A DNA stretch of 64,000 nt from assembly GCA_963725665.1 (NCBI GenBank), contig CAVRZA010000003.1, forward strand, positions 192,001-256,000, given 5' to 3'. Positions 9,664 through 19,848 of the stretch are shown in pieces. The stretch's first letter is position 1; every line of letters starts with the position of its first letter. Position numbers and translations under genes: made by a program. Source of the DNA: an uncultured Actinomycetes bacterium. Its GTDB lineage: Bacteria > Actinomycetota > Thermoleophilia > UBA2241. The notes below the pieces were generated by a model that saw nothing but the letters and a program-made list of their open reading frames with translations, searched no databases and had not been told where the DNA came from.

Positions 9664-10922
9664 ACCGAGCGACTCTTCGCAGACGGCGCCGCGAGCCTTG
9701 CTGCGGCCCCGGCGAGCGCGCTTACGTCATGCTGGCCGCGCTCGTCATCGTCGCCTTGGCGTTCGTCGTCGTCGGAACGTGTCTGGCACTCGTCTCGTCG
9801 GCGACGCGCGTGCGCGCCGCCGACGAGACGAGTGCTCGCGCGCTTGCGCTCGCCGAGACCGGGCTCGCCGACGCGCGCGAGCGCGCCCGCTGGGGATGGG
9901 CCGGTCGTGGGGGGCTCGGCGTCGTCGAACGGCTCGGCGACGTGACCACCGCCGAGGGCGTCTACACGATCACGCTCGAGCGTATCCCCGAGCCCCTGCC
10001 TGCAGGGCCTACCGAGGCCGCGGTTGGGGTATCGAGCCCGAGCCCGGCGTCATCGCCGTCCGTGCTGGCGCCCGATCCCCCGGGAACGCGCTGGTACCGC
10101 GTCGAGGTCGAGGCGACGGCCGGACGCGCTCGTCACCAACTGCGCGCCCTCGTCGTTGTCTCGCCTACGGCGCTGCCTCGAGGTGTAGCCGTGGCTGGCG
10201 ACCTCGAGGCTGCCGATCTCGTCACGGTCGCCGGCAGTGGGGTCTACGTGGCGGGGGATGTTCGCGGACGGGAGCACATCACGCTCGACTCTCCGACCGG
10301 GCTCGACGAGGCTCGTCCGGAGTCGTTTGCGAGCCCAGGGGTGCACGCCGGCGGAGGCATATTCGTCGGCGACGAGGAGGAGCACGCGGGCGGCGCGCCG
10401 CCCGCGTCCGACAGCGACCCGCACGCGGGCGGCGCGCCGCCCGATTCGACCTGGCGTCTGCCGGCGGCGGGCGTGCTGGGCGACCTCGCCACCCACGCCA
10501 CGGGCACCGGTGCCGGTCTTCTCGGCGACGCGCTCCTGCTCGACGCGCTGCCGCCGGCGCCCGATGCCTCGAGCGCCGGCGGCAGCGCCGACGGTGTGAT
10601 CATCGTCGTCCGCGCTCCTGCCTCAGCGGGCGGCATGCGGATCGAGGGCATGCGCCCTGCGCCGCCCGCCGCCTGTGCGCTCACGCTGGTAGTCGAGGGC
10701 GACGCGACGGTCACCGCGCCGGCCGCCATGAGCGGAGAGCTTGTAGTCACCGGCACGCTTTCTGTCGAGATGCCGCTTACGGTGTCGGGCTCCCTCGTGG
10801 CCGGCGCGCTCGCCGTCGCGTCGCCGCTGCACGTTGCCCTCGCGCCCGGGTGGGCGGAGCGGCCGGCGCCGGGGTCGCTGGCCACCACGGTGACCTGGTG
10901 GAGCGATGCGCCGCAGCCCTGA
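9660..10922 (+). CDS. PilX-like minor pilin/assembly protein
   Basis: ERAYVMLAALVIVALAFVVVG followed by ARALALAETGLADA; last of the minor pilin series; start approximate. Confidence 0.6.
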   Translation: MNRATLRRRRREPCCGPGERAYVMLAALVIVALAFVVVGTCLALVSSATRVRAADETSARALALAETGLADARERARWGWAGRGGLGVVERLGDVTTAEGVYTITLERIPEPLPAGPTEAAVGVSSPSPASSPSVLAPDPPGTRWYRVEVEATAGRARHQLRALVVVSPTALPRGVAVAGDLEAADLVTVAGSGVYVAGDVRGREHITLDSPTGLDEARPESFASPGVHAGGGIFVGDEEEHAGGAPPASDSDPHAGGAPPDSTWRLPAAGVLGDLATHATGTGAGLLGDALLLDALPPAPDASSAGGSADGVIIVVRAPASAGGMRIEGMRPAPPAACALTLVVEGDATVTAPAAMSGELVVTGTLSVEMPLTVSGSLVAGALAVASPLHVALAPGWAERPAPGSLATTVTWWSDAPQP

Positions 10923-11023
10923 ACGCACCCGCCGCGGGCCCAGGCCGACCGCTCGACCGAAGGGGCTAACAGCGCTTTGGAGCGAGCACCGTATCGGCGA
11001 GGTCGTGCGGTCGAGCCCATGCC

Positions 11024-11051
11024 TAAAGGAACGGCACGAACCTGCCGACAA
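11024..11051 (+). promoter_or_regulatory. sigma-28/WhiG-like promoter candidate for pilMNO
   Basis: TAAA-N16-GCCGACAA, 36 nt before pilM ATG. Confidence 0.65.
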
Positions 11052-11087
11052 CCTCGCTGAAAGCCACGGCAAGCGGAGAGTGCAGCC

Positions 11088-12194
11088 ATGGGGAAGAGCG
11101 CATTGCGCATAGGCCTCGATCTCGAGCAATCCTCGATCGCGGCCGTCCAGATCAAAAGCAACAAGCAGAGCCAGGTCCTCACCGGCGCGGCGGTGAGGGC
11201 GCTCCCGGAGGGGCTCGTGTTCGAGGGCGAGGTCGTCGATGCCGACGGCTTGGCCGCCGAGCTCAAGTCGTTCTGGAAAGAGGCCAAGCTCACCGGGCGC
11301 CGCGTGAACCTCGGCTTGGCCAACCAGAAGATCGTGGTCCGCACCATGGAGTTCCCGCCCATCGACCAGAGCGAGCTGCGGGCCGCGATCGAGTTCCAGG
11401 CCCAGGAGCACATCCCGATCCCCGTTGAGGAGGCTGTGCTCGACTACCAGGTCCTCGCCACCTACGACGGCGAAGACGGCGCACCACGCCAAAAGGTGCT
11501 GCTCGTCGCGGCGCAAAAGGACATGGTGCGCCAGTTCGTCGAGGTGGCCAAGAAGGCCGGCCTCAGCGTCGAGGGCATCGACCTGCAGGCGTTCGCTCTC
11601 GCCCGGGCGCTCGCGCCCAAGGCCAGCTTCCTCGGCGACGGCGAGAGCGCGAACGGCGACGGGACGGTGGCCCTGGCCAATATCGGCTCCGGGCTGACCA
11701 ATCTCATCGTCAGCGTCAACGGGATCCCCCAGTTCACGCGCGTCATCAATGTCGGCAGCGACACGCTGGTAACGGCGTTGATGACCAATCGCGGGATCGA
11801 GCGGGCCGAGGCCGATCGCCTGCGCATGCAGGTCGGTCTCACCGGCGACGGCGAAGATGACACCTCGGAGCTCACGGTCGAGACGGTGAGCGAGATCCAC
11901 CAGGTGCTCGACCAGTCGAGCGAGGCGTTCGCCGACGAGATCCGCCGTTCGGTCGACTACTACCACACGCAGGAGCACGACGGTTCGATCAGTAAGCTCG
12001 TGCTCAGCGGCGATGGCTCCTTGACGCGCAACATCGCCGCCTACCTGTCGCAGGCGCTGCATCTGCCGGTGGAGACCGGCAACCCTCTGCAAGAGGTAGG
12101 CGAGAACAAGTCGAAGCTCTCAGAGGCAGAGCTCGAGGCAGTGGCCCCCCGGCTCACGATCGCCATCGGGCTGGCGTTGGACGACGAGGAGTAG
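11088..12194 (+). CDS. pilM: Type IV pilus assembly protein PilM
   Basis: Actin-like IGLDL, HIPIPVEEAVLDYQVL, EIRRSVDYY, AIGLAL. Confidence 0.95.
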   Translation: MGKSALRIGLDLEQSSIAAVQIKSNKQSQVLTGAAVRALPEGLVFEGEVVDADGLAAELKSFWKEAKLTGRRVNLGLANQKIVVRTMEFPPIDQSELRAAIEFQAQEHIPIPVEEAVLDYQVLATYDGEDGAPRQKVLLVAAQKDMVRQFVEVAKKAGLSVEGIDLQAFALARALAPKASFLGDGESANGDGTVALANIGSGLTNLIVSVNGIPQFTRVINVGSDTLVTALMTNRGIERAEADRLRMQVGLTGDGEDDTSELTVETVSEIHQVLDQSSEAFADEIRRSVDYYHTQEHDGSISKLVLSGDGSLTRNIAAYLSQALHLPVETGNPLQEVGENKSKLSEAELEAVAPRLTIAIGLALDDEE

Positions 12195-12198
12195 GGCG

Positions 12199-12864
12199 AT
12201 GAAACGCATCAACCTGCTGCCGCCGGGAGAACGGGACAAAGCCTCACGCGAACAGGGCTTGGCCTACGCCCTTCTGGGCCTGGTCGTCCTGGTCGTCGCG
12301 CTAGGGGCCGTGTACCTGATGCTCAACAGGCAGGTGGCCACCAAACAGGACCAGGTGAACGATCTGCAGGCGCAGATCCAGCAGGTCACCGCACAGGTCG
12401 ACGCGCTCAGGTGGGCCGAGGTCCTGCAGCAGCAGCGCGTCAGCATGATGACCACGGCCACGCAGCTCCTCGCCTCCCGTGTCGACTGGTCGAACATCCT
12501 CGAAGAGCTGAGCCTCGTCATCCCCGACCAGGTGGTACTCACCGACCTCACGGCCCAGGTGCCGCAGACGATGCAGCCGACAGTAGGGGGCGCCGCTGCC
12601 AGCACCGCTGCCAGCACCGGCCAGACATCGGGGGCTGACCTCACGCTGTCCGGTCGAGCCGACAACCACGTGAGCGTCGCCAGCTTCATGACTCGTCTGG
12701 GCCTGATGCCGCAGCTCGCCAACGTGCAGCTGATGAGTTCGACCGAGAGCGAAAACGGCGACTACGTGGACTATGTGATCACGGCTAGCCTGCGGCACTT
12801 CGCCCAGCAGCCGCCCGTGGCCCAGCCGGCCACGACGATGACGAGTGCGGGAGGTGCCCAGTGA
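12199..12864 (+). CDS. pilN: Type IV pilus assembly protein PilN
   Basis: RINLLP motif, TM helix, coiled coil, WSNILEELSLVIP. Confidence 0.9.
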   Translation: MKRINLLPPGERDKASREQGLAYALLGLVVLVVALGAVYLMLNRQVATKQDQVNDLQAQIQQVTAQVDALRWAEVLQQQRVSMMTTATQLLASRVDWSNILEELSLVIPDQVVLTDLTAQVPQTMQPTVGGAAASTAASTGQTSGADLTLSGRADNHVSVASFMTRLGLMPQLANVQLMSSTESENGDYVDYVITASLRHFAQQPPVAQPATTMTSAGGAQ

Positions 12865-13520
12865 AAGCCCGCGGCAAGGAGATCTTCATCATCGCCGGCG
12901 TCATCGCTGCCGTAGTCTGCGCCGCGTGGTACTTCCTGTTCCTTAGCCCGACGCGGACGAAGCTCAACGACCTGGGCGCCCAGGTGACCCAGGCGGAACA
13001 GACGCTGAGGGGTGCAAGGCAGGATCTCCTCCGCCTACAGGCCTACGCGAAGGCCGCTCCGCAGACTAAGGCCGATCTGGTGCGCCTCAACAAGATCCTG
13101 CCGTCCGACCTCAACGGCATGCCGTCGGCCATCATCGAACTCAACAAGACGGTCACGGAGTCCGGCCTCGGATTCGTCTCGATCAAGCCCGGCGCGCCGA
13201 CTACCGGCACACCGTTTTCCGTGCAGGCGGCCGATCTAGGGTTCACGGCGGGCTACTTCGACTTCGAGGACTTCCTTTACAGGCTTGAAGGATACGTCGA
13301 GTACCGCAACGCTAACTTCCTCGTCAGCGGCCGTCTCTTCGAAGTCAGCAAGATCCAGATGAGCAAGATGAGCGACAGCTCCGACTTGACAGTCACCGTC
13401 ACCCTCAACGGCTACCAGTGGAACGGCACACCGGCGAGCAGCGGGACCACCGCTCCGACCGGCACGGGTACCGCCACGGCCGCGACCTCGTCAGCAGCGA
13501 GCACGGTAGGTGCACCATGA
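12861..13520 (+). CDS. pilO: Type IV pilus assembly protein PilO
   Basis: N-terminal TM, coiled coil, ILPS, GYFDFEDFLYRLE; follows pilN. Confidence 0.85.
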   Translation: MKARGKEIFIIAGVIAAVVCAAWYFLFLSPTRTKLNDLGAQVTQAEQTLRGARQDLLRLQAYAKAAPQTKADLVRLNKILPSDLNGMPSAIIELNKTVTESGLGFVSIKPGAPTTGTPFSVQAADLGFTAGYFDFEDFLYRLEGYVEYRNANFLVSGRLFEVSKIQMSKMSDSSDLTVTVTLNGYQWNGTPASSGTTAPTGTGTATAATSSAASTVGAP

Positions 13521-14392
13521 GACTCTCTCGACGCTCACTGTTCATCTTCGTCCTCGTGGCCGTCATCGGCGCCTCGCTGGCCGTGGTCGTGGTAAGCGGC
13601 GGCAAGGGCGGAGCGACGACGACGATGGGCTTCTACGGCGACGGCACCCAGGGATCCTCGGTGCTCGCCAGCGACAACGGCACCGACACGCAGGCTACCG
13701 ACTCGTTCGCGGCGGACCCCGCCCAGGAGGAGCCCGTCCTCGACAAGTTCCACAGCAAAGACCCGTTCCGCACCGTCTACAGCGACAGCGCGAGCGGCGG
13801 GACGAGCGGCACGGTCGCAGCGCCGACCGGCGGGGGCACGGCCCAACAGCCCACCTCGGCCGACGTGCGCATCAACGGCACCAACTACGCGGCGGTCAAG
13901 GTGAACGACAAGGTCCCGAGCGGGGATCCGAAGTTCATCGTGACGGGCATCACGTCCTCGGGTGTCACGTTCAGCCTGGTCGAAGGCAACCAGTTCGAGG
14001 ACGGCAGCACCTCGGTCACCGTCGCCGAAGGCCAGGTGGTCGCGGTCAAGGACCAGACGAGCGGCAAGTCGTTCACGCTGGGAGTCGTGAAGCTCAACTA
14101 CGCCGGGACGAGCGGTGGTTCGGGCTCTGGTTCCGGCTCCGGCTCCGGCTCCAGCGTCAGTCAGGCCGGGCACTCGATCAAGGTGCTCAGCATCGACAGC
14201 CAGAACGGCGTCGCGCGTGTGACGCTGGTCGTCGACAGCGTGACGTACGCCGACAAGAAGGTCGGCGCCACGTTCTCGACCGGCTGGGGTCAGATCAAGA
14301 TCGTGAGCATCAATGCCTCGGCTCAGACCGTCGTCATCCTTCAGGGCGACGAGCAGCTCACCCTGCAGGCGGGTCAGTCGTTCGCGAAGTAG
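13517..14392 (+). CDS. Membrane-anchored exported protein in the pilP position
   Basis: N-terminal TM; KDPF motif; two similar beta-rich repeats separated by a GSGSGSGS linker. Confidence 0.65.
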   Translation: MRLSRRSLFIFVLVAVIGASLAVVVVSGGKGGATTTMGFYGDGTQGSSVLASDNGTDTQATDSFAADPAQEEPVLDKFHSKDPFRTVYSDSASGGTSGTVAAPTGGGTAQQPTSADVRINGTNYAAVKVNDKVPSGDPKFIVTGITSSGVTFSLVEGNQFEDGSTSVTVAEGQVVAVKDQTSGKSFTLGVVKLNYAGTSGGSGSGSGSGSGSSVSQAGHSIKVLSIDSQNGVARVTLVVDSVTYADKKVGATFSTGWGQIKIVSINASAQTVVILQGDEQLTLQAGQSFAK

Positions 14393-14415
14393 CCCCTGGC
14401 GACAGTCAAGAAGCA

Positions 14416-14448
14416 CGCGAGGGGCGGCCCGAGAGGCCGCCCCTCGCG
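14416..14448 (+). terminator. Terminator-like hairpin closing the pil locus
   Basis: CGCGAGGGGCGGCC-CGAGA-GGCCGCCCCTCGCG perfect inverted repeat. Confidence 0.7.
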
Positions 14449-14485
14449 TATGTGTCTGCGGCGCCTCATCGTATAAGGTACGGCC

Positions 14486-15655
14486 ATGACGGCGCTCCGC
14501 TACCTCACCGCCGGCGAGTCTCACGGTCCGCAGCTCACCGCGATCGTGGAGGGGTGTCCGTCGCGCCTGCCCCTGCGCGCCGACGACGTCGACCGCGACC
14601 TCGCGCGTCGACAGCTCGGCTACGGCCGCGGTGAGCGGCAGGCGATCGAGCGCGACCAGGTACGCATCGTCTCGGGTGTCCGCTACGGACGCACGACGGG
14701 CGCCCCCGTGACTTTCGTGGTGGAGAACCGCGATCACGCCAACTGGGGAGACAAGCTGGCCGTCGAGGAACCCGCGGTCCGCGCCGAGGTCCTGCGCGCG
14801 CCGCGGCCCGGTCATGCCGACCTGGGGGGAGCCCTCGTGTACGGCCTCGACGACCTGCGCGACGTGATCGAGCGCGCCAGCGCGCGCGAGACGGCGGCGC
14901 GCGTGGCCGTGGGGGCGCTCGCCAAGAGGCTGCTGGCCGAGATCGGCTGTCGCGTGGCGGGCCACGTCGTCGCCATCGGAGCCGTACGCTCGACCGTAGC
15001 GATCGGCGAGGACGTCGCGATCGAAGAGGTCACGCGGGCCGAGGACGACGCCGTCCGCTGCCTCGACCCAGAGGCGAGCCGGGCGATGCGCGCCGCCATC
15101 GACGACGCCCGGGAGCGTGGCGACACGCTCGGCGGCGTCGTCGAGGTCGTCGCCGTGGGCTACCCGCCGGGCGTGGGCAGCTACGCGCAGGCGGACCGCC
15201 GCCTGGGCGGCAAGCTGGCCGCGGCGCTCATGAGCATCAACGCCATCAAGGGTGTCGAGGTCGGGCTCGGGTTCGCCGCGGCCGCGACGCCGGGGTCCGC
15301 CTACCAGGATGAGATCCTCTACTCCGAGGAGCGCGGCTACTACCGCGAGACGAACCGGGCCGGCGGCATCGAGGGCGGCATCTCCACGGGGGCGCCGATC
15401 GTCGTCAGGGCGGCGATGAAGCCCATCTCGACGCTCATGAAGCCTCTGCGCACGGTGGAGCTCGGCACGCATCGTCCGGTCGAAGCGCACGTGGAACGCA
15501 GCGACGTCTGCGCGGTGCCCGCGGCGGGTGTCGTTGCCGAGGCCGCTGTGGCGTTCGCCCTGGCCGCGGCGGCGCTGGAGCGCTTCGGCGGCGAGAGCGT
15601 CGATGAGCTCGTCGCCGCGGTGGATGCCTGCCGCGAACGCGCGCGCACGTTGTGA
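14486..15655 (+). CDS. aroC: Chorismate synthase
   Basis: LRYLTAGESHG, RPGHAD, ERASARETAARVA, AMKPISTL, ERSDVC. Confidence 0.97.
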   Translation: MTALRYLTAGESHGPQLTAIVEGCPSRLPLRADDVDRDLARRQLGYGRGERQAIERDQVRIVSGVRYGRTTGAPVTFVVENRDHANWGDKLAVEEPAVRAEVLRAPRPGHADLGGALVYGLDDLRDVIERASARETAARVAVGALAKRLLAEIGCRVAGHVVAIGAVRSTVAIGEDVAIEEVTRAEDDAVRCLDPEASRAMRAAIDDARERGDTLGGVVEVVAVGYPPGVGSYAQADRRLGGKLAAALMSINAIKGVEVGLGFAAAATPGSAYQDEILYSEERGYYRETNRAGGIEGGISTGAPIVVRAAMKPISTLMKPLRTVELGTHRPVEAHVERSDVCAVPAAGVVAEAAVAFALAAAALERFGGESVDELVAAVDACRERARTL

Positions 15656-15665
15656 GGCTGGATCG

Positions 15666-16223
15666 ATGAGCGACGACGCCGTGCCGACGGGGGATGTCGG
15701 CTCCAGCGCCGGCTCGGGTCGCTCCGTGAGCGTGGCGCTCATCGGCTTCATGGGTGCCGGCAAGAGCGCCGTGGGCAGACTGCTCGCGCGCCGCCTCGGA
15801 GTGCCCTTCAGCGACACCGACGAGCTCGTCGAGCGTCGCCACGGCCCCATCGCCGCCCTCTTCGTCACACGCGGCGAGGCGACGTTCCGTGAGCTCGAGC
15901 GGGAGATCGTCCTCGTGGAGCTGGCACGCGCTGCCGAGGCCGCCGGGGTGGTCTCACTGGGGGGCGGCGCGGTGACGGACGGCGACGTGCGCGAGGCGCT
16001 GACGCGCCTCGCGCACGTCGCCTGGCTCGACGCGCCGCCGCAGGTACTCTTCGGGCGCGCCAACGGCAGCGAGCGGCCCCTGGCGCGCGACCAGGCGTCG
16101 TTCGTCGCCCTCTACGAGCGCCGTCGGCCTCTCTACGAGGCTTGCGCGACGGTGCGAGTGGTCAATGACGGACGGCGCCCCGCCGACGAGGTCGCGACCG
16201 AGCTGGCCGAGGCGGTGGCGTGA
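15666..16223 (+). CDS. aroK: Shikimate kinase
   Basis: LIGFMGAGKS, DTD, GEATFRELE, SLGGG, RPL. Confidence 0.93.
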   Translation: MSDDAVPTGDVGSSAGSGRSVSVALIGFMGAGKSAVGRLLARRLGVPFSDTDELVERRHGPIAALFVTRGEATFRELEREIVLVELARAAEAAGVVSLGGGAVTDGDVREALTRLAHVAWLDAPPQVLFGRANGSERPLARDQASFVALYERRRPLYEACATVRVVNDGRRPADEVATELAEAVA

Positions 16224-17303
16224 TGCGCAGCGTCGTCGCGACGACGAGTCAGGGCGAGTATGAGATCGCCGTCGGCCCGGGCCTCCTGGGCTCGCTGGGC
16301 GTGCGCCTCGCAGACCTCGTGGAGCCGGCGCGCGCCGTGGTCGTGACCGATGAGAACGTCGCGCCGCTGTACCTGGAACCATCGCGCGCGGCGCTTGCAG
16401 GCGCCGGGTTCGAGGTCTCCCACCTCGTCCTGCCGGCCGGCGAGCGGCAGAAGACGCTCGAGCGGGCGCAGGAGATCTACGGCGTGCTCTACGAGCGCGG
16501 TCTGCAGCGCAGTGACGTGATCGTCGCCCTGGGCGGCGGCGTCATCGGCGATCTGGCGGGCTTCGTCGCGGCGACGTTCCTGCGCGGCGTGCGCCTCGCG
16601 CAGGCGCCGACCACGCTGCTGGCCCAGGTCGACGCCGCCATCGGCGGCAAGGTGGCGGTCGACTTCCGCGCCGGCAAGAACTACATCGGCACCTTCTATC
16701 AGCCGCGGATGGTCGTGGCCGATCTCGAGACGCTCGTCACACTGCCCGAGCGTGAGGTCCGCAACGGCTGGGCCGAGGTCGTCAAGTACGCCTTCCTGGT
16801 GGGCGACGACCTCCTCGCCGCCGTGAGCGCAGCTCTCGCGGCGGGAGGTCCTGCCGGGCGAGGAGGTCGTCGCCCGCTGCGCGGCCGAGAAGGTCGCCGT
16901 CGTCGAGCGCGACGAGCGCGAGGAGACGGGGGAGAGGGCCCTCCTCAACCTCGGCCACACCGTCGGCCACGCCGTCGAGGCGGCGGGATCGTTCGCCGGC
17001 TACTCGCACGGTGAGGCGGTCGGGCTGGGTCTGCGCGCTGTGCTGTGGCTCTCGCAGCGCCTCAGCGGCCTGGCCGAAGAGGAGGCTGCGGCGGGCCAGG
17101 CGCTCCTGAGCGCCGCGGGCCTGCCCGAGCACCTCGAGGGAGTCGATCCGGCCGCAGCGGCGGCTCTCACGGCGCGCGACAAGAAGGCCGATCGGCGGGG
17201 CACGCGCTACGTGCTGCTGCACGGTTTCGGACGGCCGCTCGCGGGCTGCGAGGTCGCCCCAGAGCTCGAGGCGGAGGCGCTCAGATGGCTGGCGGCGAGA
17301 TGA
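16223..17303 (+). CDS. aroB: 3-dehydroquinate synthase (frameshift near 16855)
   Basis: [54 protein letters not shown]. Confidence 0.93.
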
Positions 17304-17743
17304 AGGAGCTCTGGCTTCTGCACGGGGTGAACCTCGACATGCTCGGCGCTCGGCCGGCCGAGCACTACGGAGCCCTCACGCTGGCCGAGCTGGAGGAGCG
17401 CGTCGTCGGCCGTGGCGCCGAGCGCGGCTTCACCGTGCGCTGCTTTCAGACGAATCACGAGGGCGAGCTCGTAGAGAAGCTCCACGAGCTCGCCCTCGCG
17501 CCCCCTACTGCGATCGTCATCAACCCCGGCGCCTGGACGCACTACAGCTACGCGATCCGCGACGCCCTCGAGCTCGTCGCGGCGCCGGTGGCCGAGGTGC
17601 ACCTGTCGGCTGTCGACGAGCGCGAGGAGTGGCGCAGGCGCTCGGTCATCGCCGACCTGGCGACGGTGCGTGTGAGCGGCAAGGGGGTAGACGGGTACCT
17701 TGAGGCCGTCGACGCCCTTGCGGCGGCCGCGGGCGTCGGCTGA
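17300..17743 (+). CDS. aroQ: Type II 3-dehydroquinate dehydratase
   Basis: [31 protein letters not shown]. Confidence 0.95.
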   Translation: MKELWLLHGVNLDMLGARPAEHYGALTLAELEERVVGRGAERGFTVRCFQTNHEGELVEKLHELALAPPTAIVINPGAWTHYSYAIRDALELVAAPVAEVHLSAVDEREEWRRRSVIADLATVRVSGKGVDGYLEAVDALAAAAGVG

Positions 17744-17797
17744 GGCGCGCCGACCGAAGAGGGCGCTCGCTGAGATGGCTCGCGATACCGGCGGTCG

Positions 17798-19060
17798 GTG
17801 ACGACCCCGCGCCCGAGACGAGGGCGGAGACCAGGATGCGGCGAACCAGTGCGCGCACGAGACGGAGGTGAGCGGACGGTGAACGGGCGAGAGGCGCGGC
17901 GAGTGGGAGCGCAGACCACCCGGGCTGGGGCTGGAGATCCAGGCCGACCGAAGGCGGCGCGACCGGCGAAGACGGCGGCGCCACCCGCGACGGATCGGCT
18001 CGGCCGTCTGCGCGACCTCCTGGACGCGCGCGGTCTCGACGCCGTGCTCGTCAGCGATTCGACCGACGTGCGCTACCTCTCGGGCTTTCGCGGTGAGGAC
18101 ACGACACTGGTCGTCGGCCGTGACGCGGCCTTGATCTGCACCGACTCGCGCTTCTGGGAACAGGTGCGCGAGGAGGTCGCCGGTTTCGAGCTCGTCGCGG
18201 TCGTCGGCGGCGACCTCATCGCCGAGACTGCGACGGTGGCCGACGTGCGCCTCGGTGGCGCCCTCGGTTACCAGGGGGCGCACCTGAGCCACGCCGCCTA
18301 TCGGGTCCTGCGCCGTCGCCATACGGGCCGGCTGCGTGACGTGGGCGATCGCGTGACGCGCCTGCGAGCCGTCAAAGACGACACGGAGCTGGCAGCGATG
18401 CGCCGCGCCGCCGCGGTGACCGATGAGGCGTTGCGCCTGGTCGTCGGCCGCGGCCTCGTGGGACGCGCCGAGGTAGACGTCGCCTGGGACCTGCGCGCCG
18501 AGTACCACCGCCTGGGCGCCGAGGGCGAGGCGTTTCCGGCGATCGTCGCCGCCGGCGCGCACGGGGCGCAGGGGCACGCCATCCCCGGTGAGCGCGCGAT
18601 CGCCGCGGGGGAGCTGGTGGTCATCGACACCGGGGCGCGTGTGGACGGCTACTGCAGCGACATCACGCGCACATTCGCGACCGGTGAAATGGCGCCGGAG
18701 CTGCGCCGGGTCTACGAAGTCGTCCTCGCGGCGCAGCTCGCCGGCCTCGCAGCGGTGCGTCCCGGCGCCCACGGTCGTCACGACGTGGACGCGGCCAGCA
18801 GGGCGGTGATCGAGGCGTCCGGCTACGGCGAGCGTTTCGGGCACGGCACCGGACACGGGGTGGGTCTCGAGGTCCACGAGGCGCCGGGCCTCGGCCGCAC
18901 GCGCGGCAACGCGCTTGCCGCCGGCATGGTCTGCACCGTCGAGCCGGGCGTGTACCTTGAGGGTCTTGCCGGGGTGCGTATCGAGGACACCGTCGTCGTG
19001 ACCGACGACGGCTACGAGGTCTTGACGCGCTTTCCCAAGGAGTTGCAGGTCGTTCGCTGA
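17798..19060 (+). CDS. Xaa-Pro aminopeptidase (M24B)
   Basis: YCSDITRT, HGTGHGVGLEVHE, TVEPGVY, GVRIED; start uncertain. Confidence 0.93.
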   Translation: MTTPRPRRGRRPGCGEPVRARDGGERTVNGREARRVGAQTTRAGAGDPGRPKAARPAKTAAPPATDRLGRLRDLLDARGLDAVLVSDSTDVRYLSGFRGEDTTLVVGRDAALICTDSRFWEQVREEVAGFELVAVVGGDLIAETATVADVRLGGALGYQGAHLSHAAYRVLRRRHTGRLRDVGDRVTRLRAVKDDTELAAMRRAAAVTDEALRLVVGRGLVGRAEVDVAWDLRAEYHRLGAEGEAFPAIVAAGAHGAQGHAIPGERAIAAGELVVIDTGARVDGYCSDITRTFATGEMAPELRRVYEVVLAAQLAGLAAVRPGAHGRHDVDAASRAVIEASGYGERFGHGTGHGVGLEVHEAPGLGRTRGNALAAGMVCTVEPGVYLEGLAGVRIEDTVVVTDDGYEVLTRFPKELQVVR

Positions 19061-19231
19061 GACGATTCGGGGCCGCGGTCTCTCGTGCGACGAGGCGCGG
19101 GACCGAGGTCGCCCCAGACGACTCGCGTGCCGTGATGCGCGAGTTGCCATCCTGTATCATGATGCGACCATCGCGGCCTCCGGACGGCCGAGGGCGCCCC
19201 GGCGAGCCACAGCATCGAGACAAGGGAACGC

Positions 19232-19798
19232 ATGGCGGACGTAGTCTCCACCAACCAGTTCAAGAACGGGATAGCCATCGAGATCGAGGGGGAGAACTTC
19301 ACCATCGTCGAGTTCCAGCACGTCAAGCCCGGCAAAGGCGGCGCCTTCGTGCGCACGAGGGTGAAGAACATCGCCACGGGGGCGGTGCTCGACCGGACCT
19401 TTCGCGCCGGTGAGAAGTTCAGCCGTGTGCACACCCAGTCGCGGCGCATGCAGTATCTCTACTCGACCGAGGACGAGGTCGTGCTGATGAACAACGAGAC
19501 CTACGAGCAAGTGTCGGTGCGTCCGGAGATGGCCAGAGAGGCACTGCGCTGGGTGGTCGAGAACGGCGAGGTCGAGCTGCTCTCCATCAATGGGGTCCCG
19601 TCCTCGGTCGAGCCGCCGACCTTCGTGGAGCTCACCATCACGCACGCCGAGCCGGGATTGCGCGGCGACACGGCTCAGGGCGGTTCGAAGCCCGCCACAC
19701 TCGAGACCGGCGTCGTCGTGCAGGTGCCGCTGTTCATCGACCAGGGCGAGCGCATCAAAGTCGACACGCGCACCGCCGAGTACCTGAGCCGGGTCTAG
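19232..19798 (+). CDS. efp: Elongation factor P
   Basis: [27 protein letters not shown]. Confidence 0.98.
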   Translation: MADVVSTNQFKNGIAIEIEGENFTIVEFQHVKPGKGGAFVRTRVKNIATGAVLDRTFRAGEKFSRVHTQSRRMQYLYSTEDEVVLMNNETYEQVSVRPEMAREALRWVVENGEVELLSINGVPSSVEPPTFVELTITHAEPGLRGDTAQGGSKPATLETGVVVQVPLFIDQGERIKVDTRTAEYLSRV

Positions 19799-19848
19799 GG
19801 GACGGCGAGGCACAGGAGCGGCGGCGAGCCGGGAGCAGAGGACCTGTA

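Noticed and set aside
14113-14154. GGCTCC/GGTTCC tandem repeat as a contingency locus
   Set aside because: In-frame 6-nt units encoding a Gly-Ser linker.
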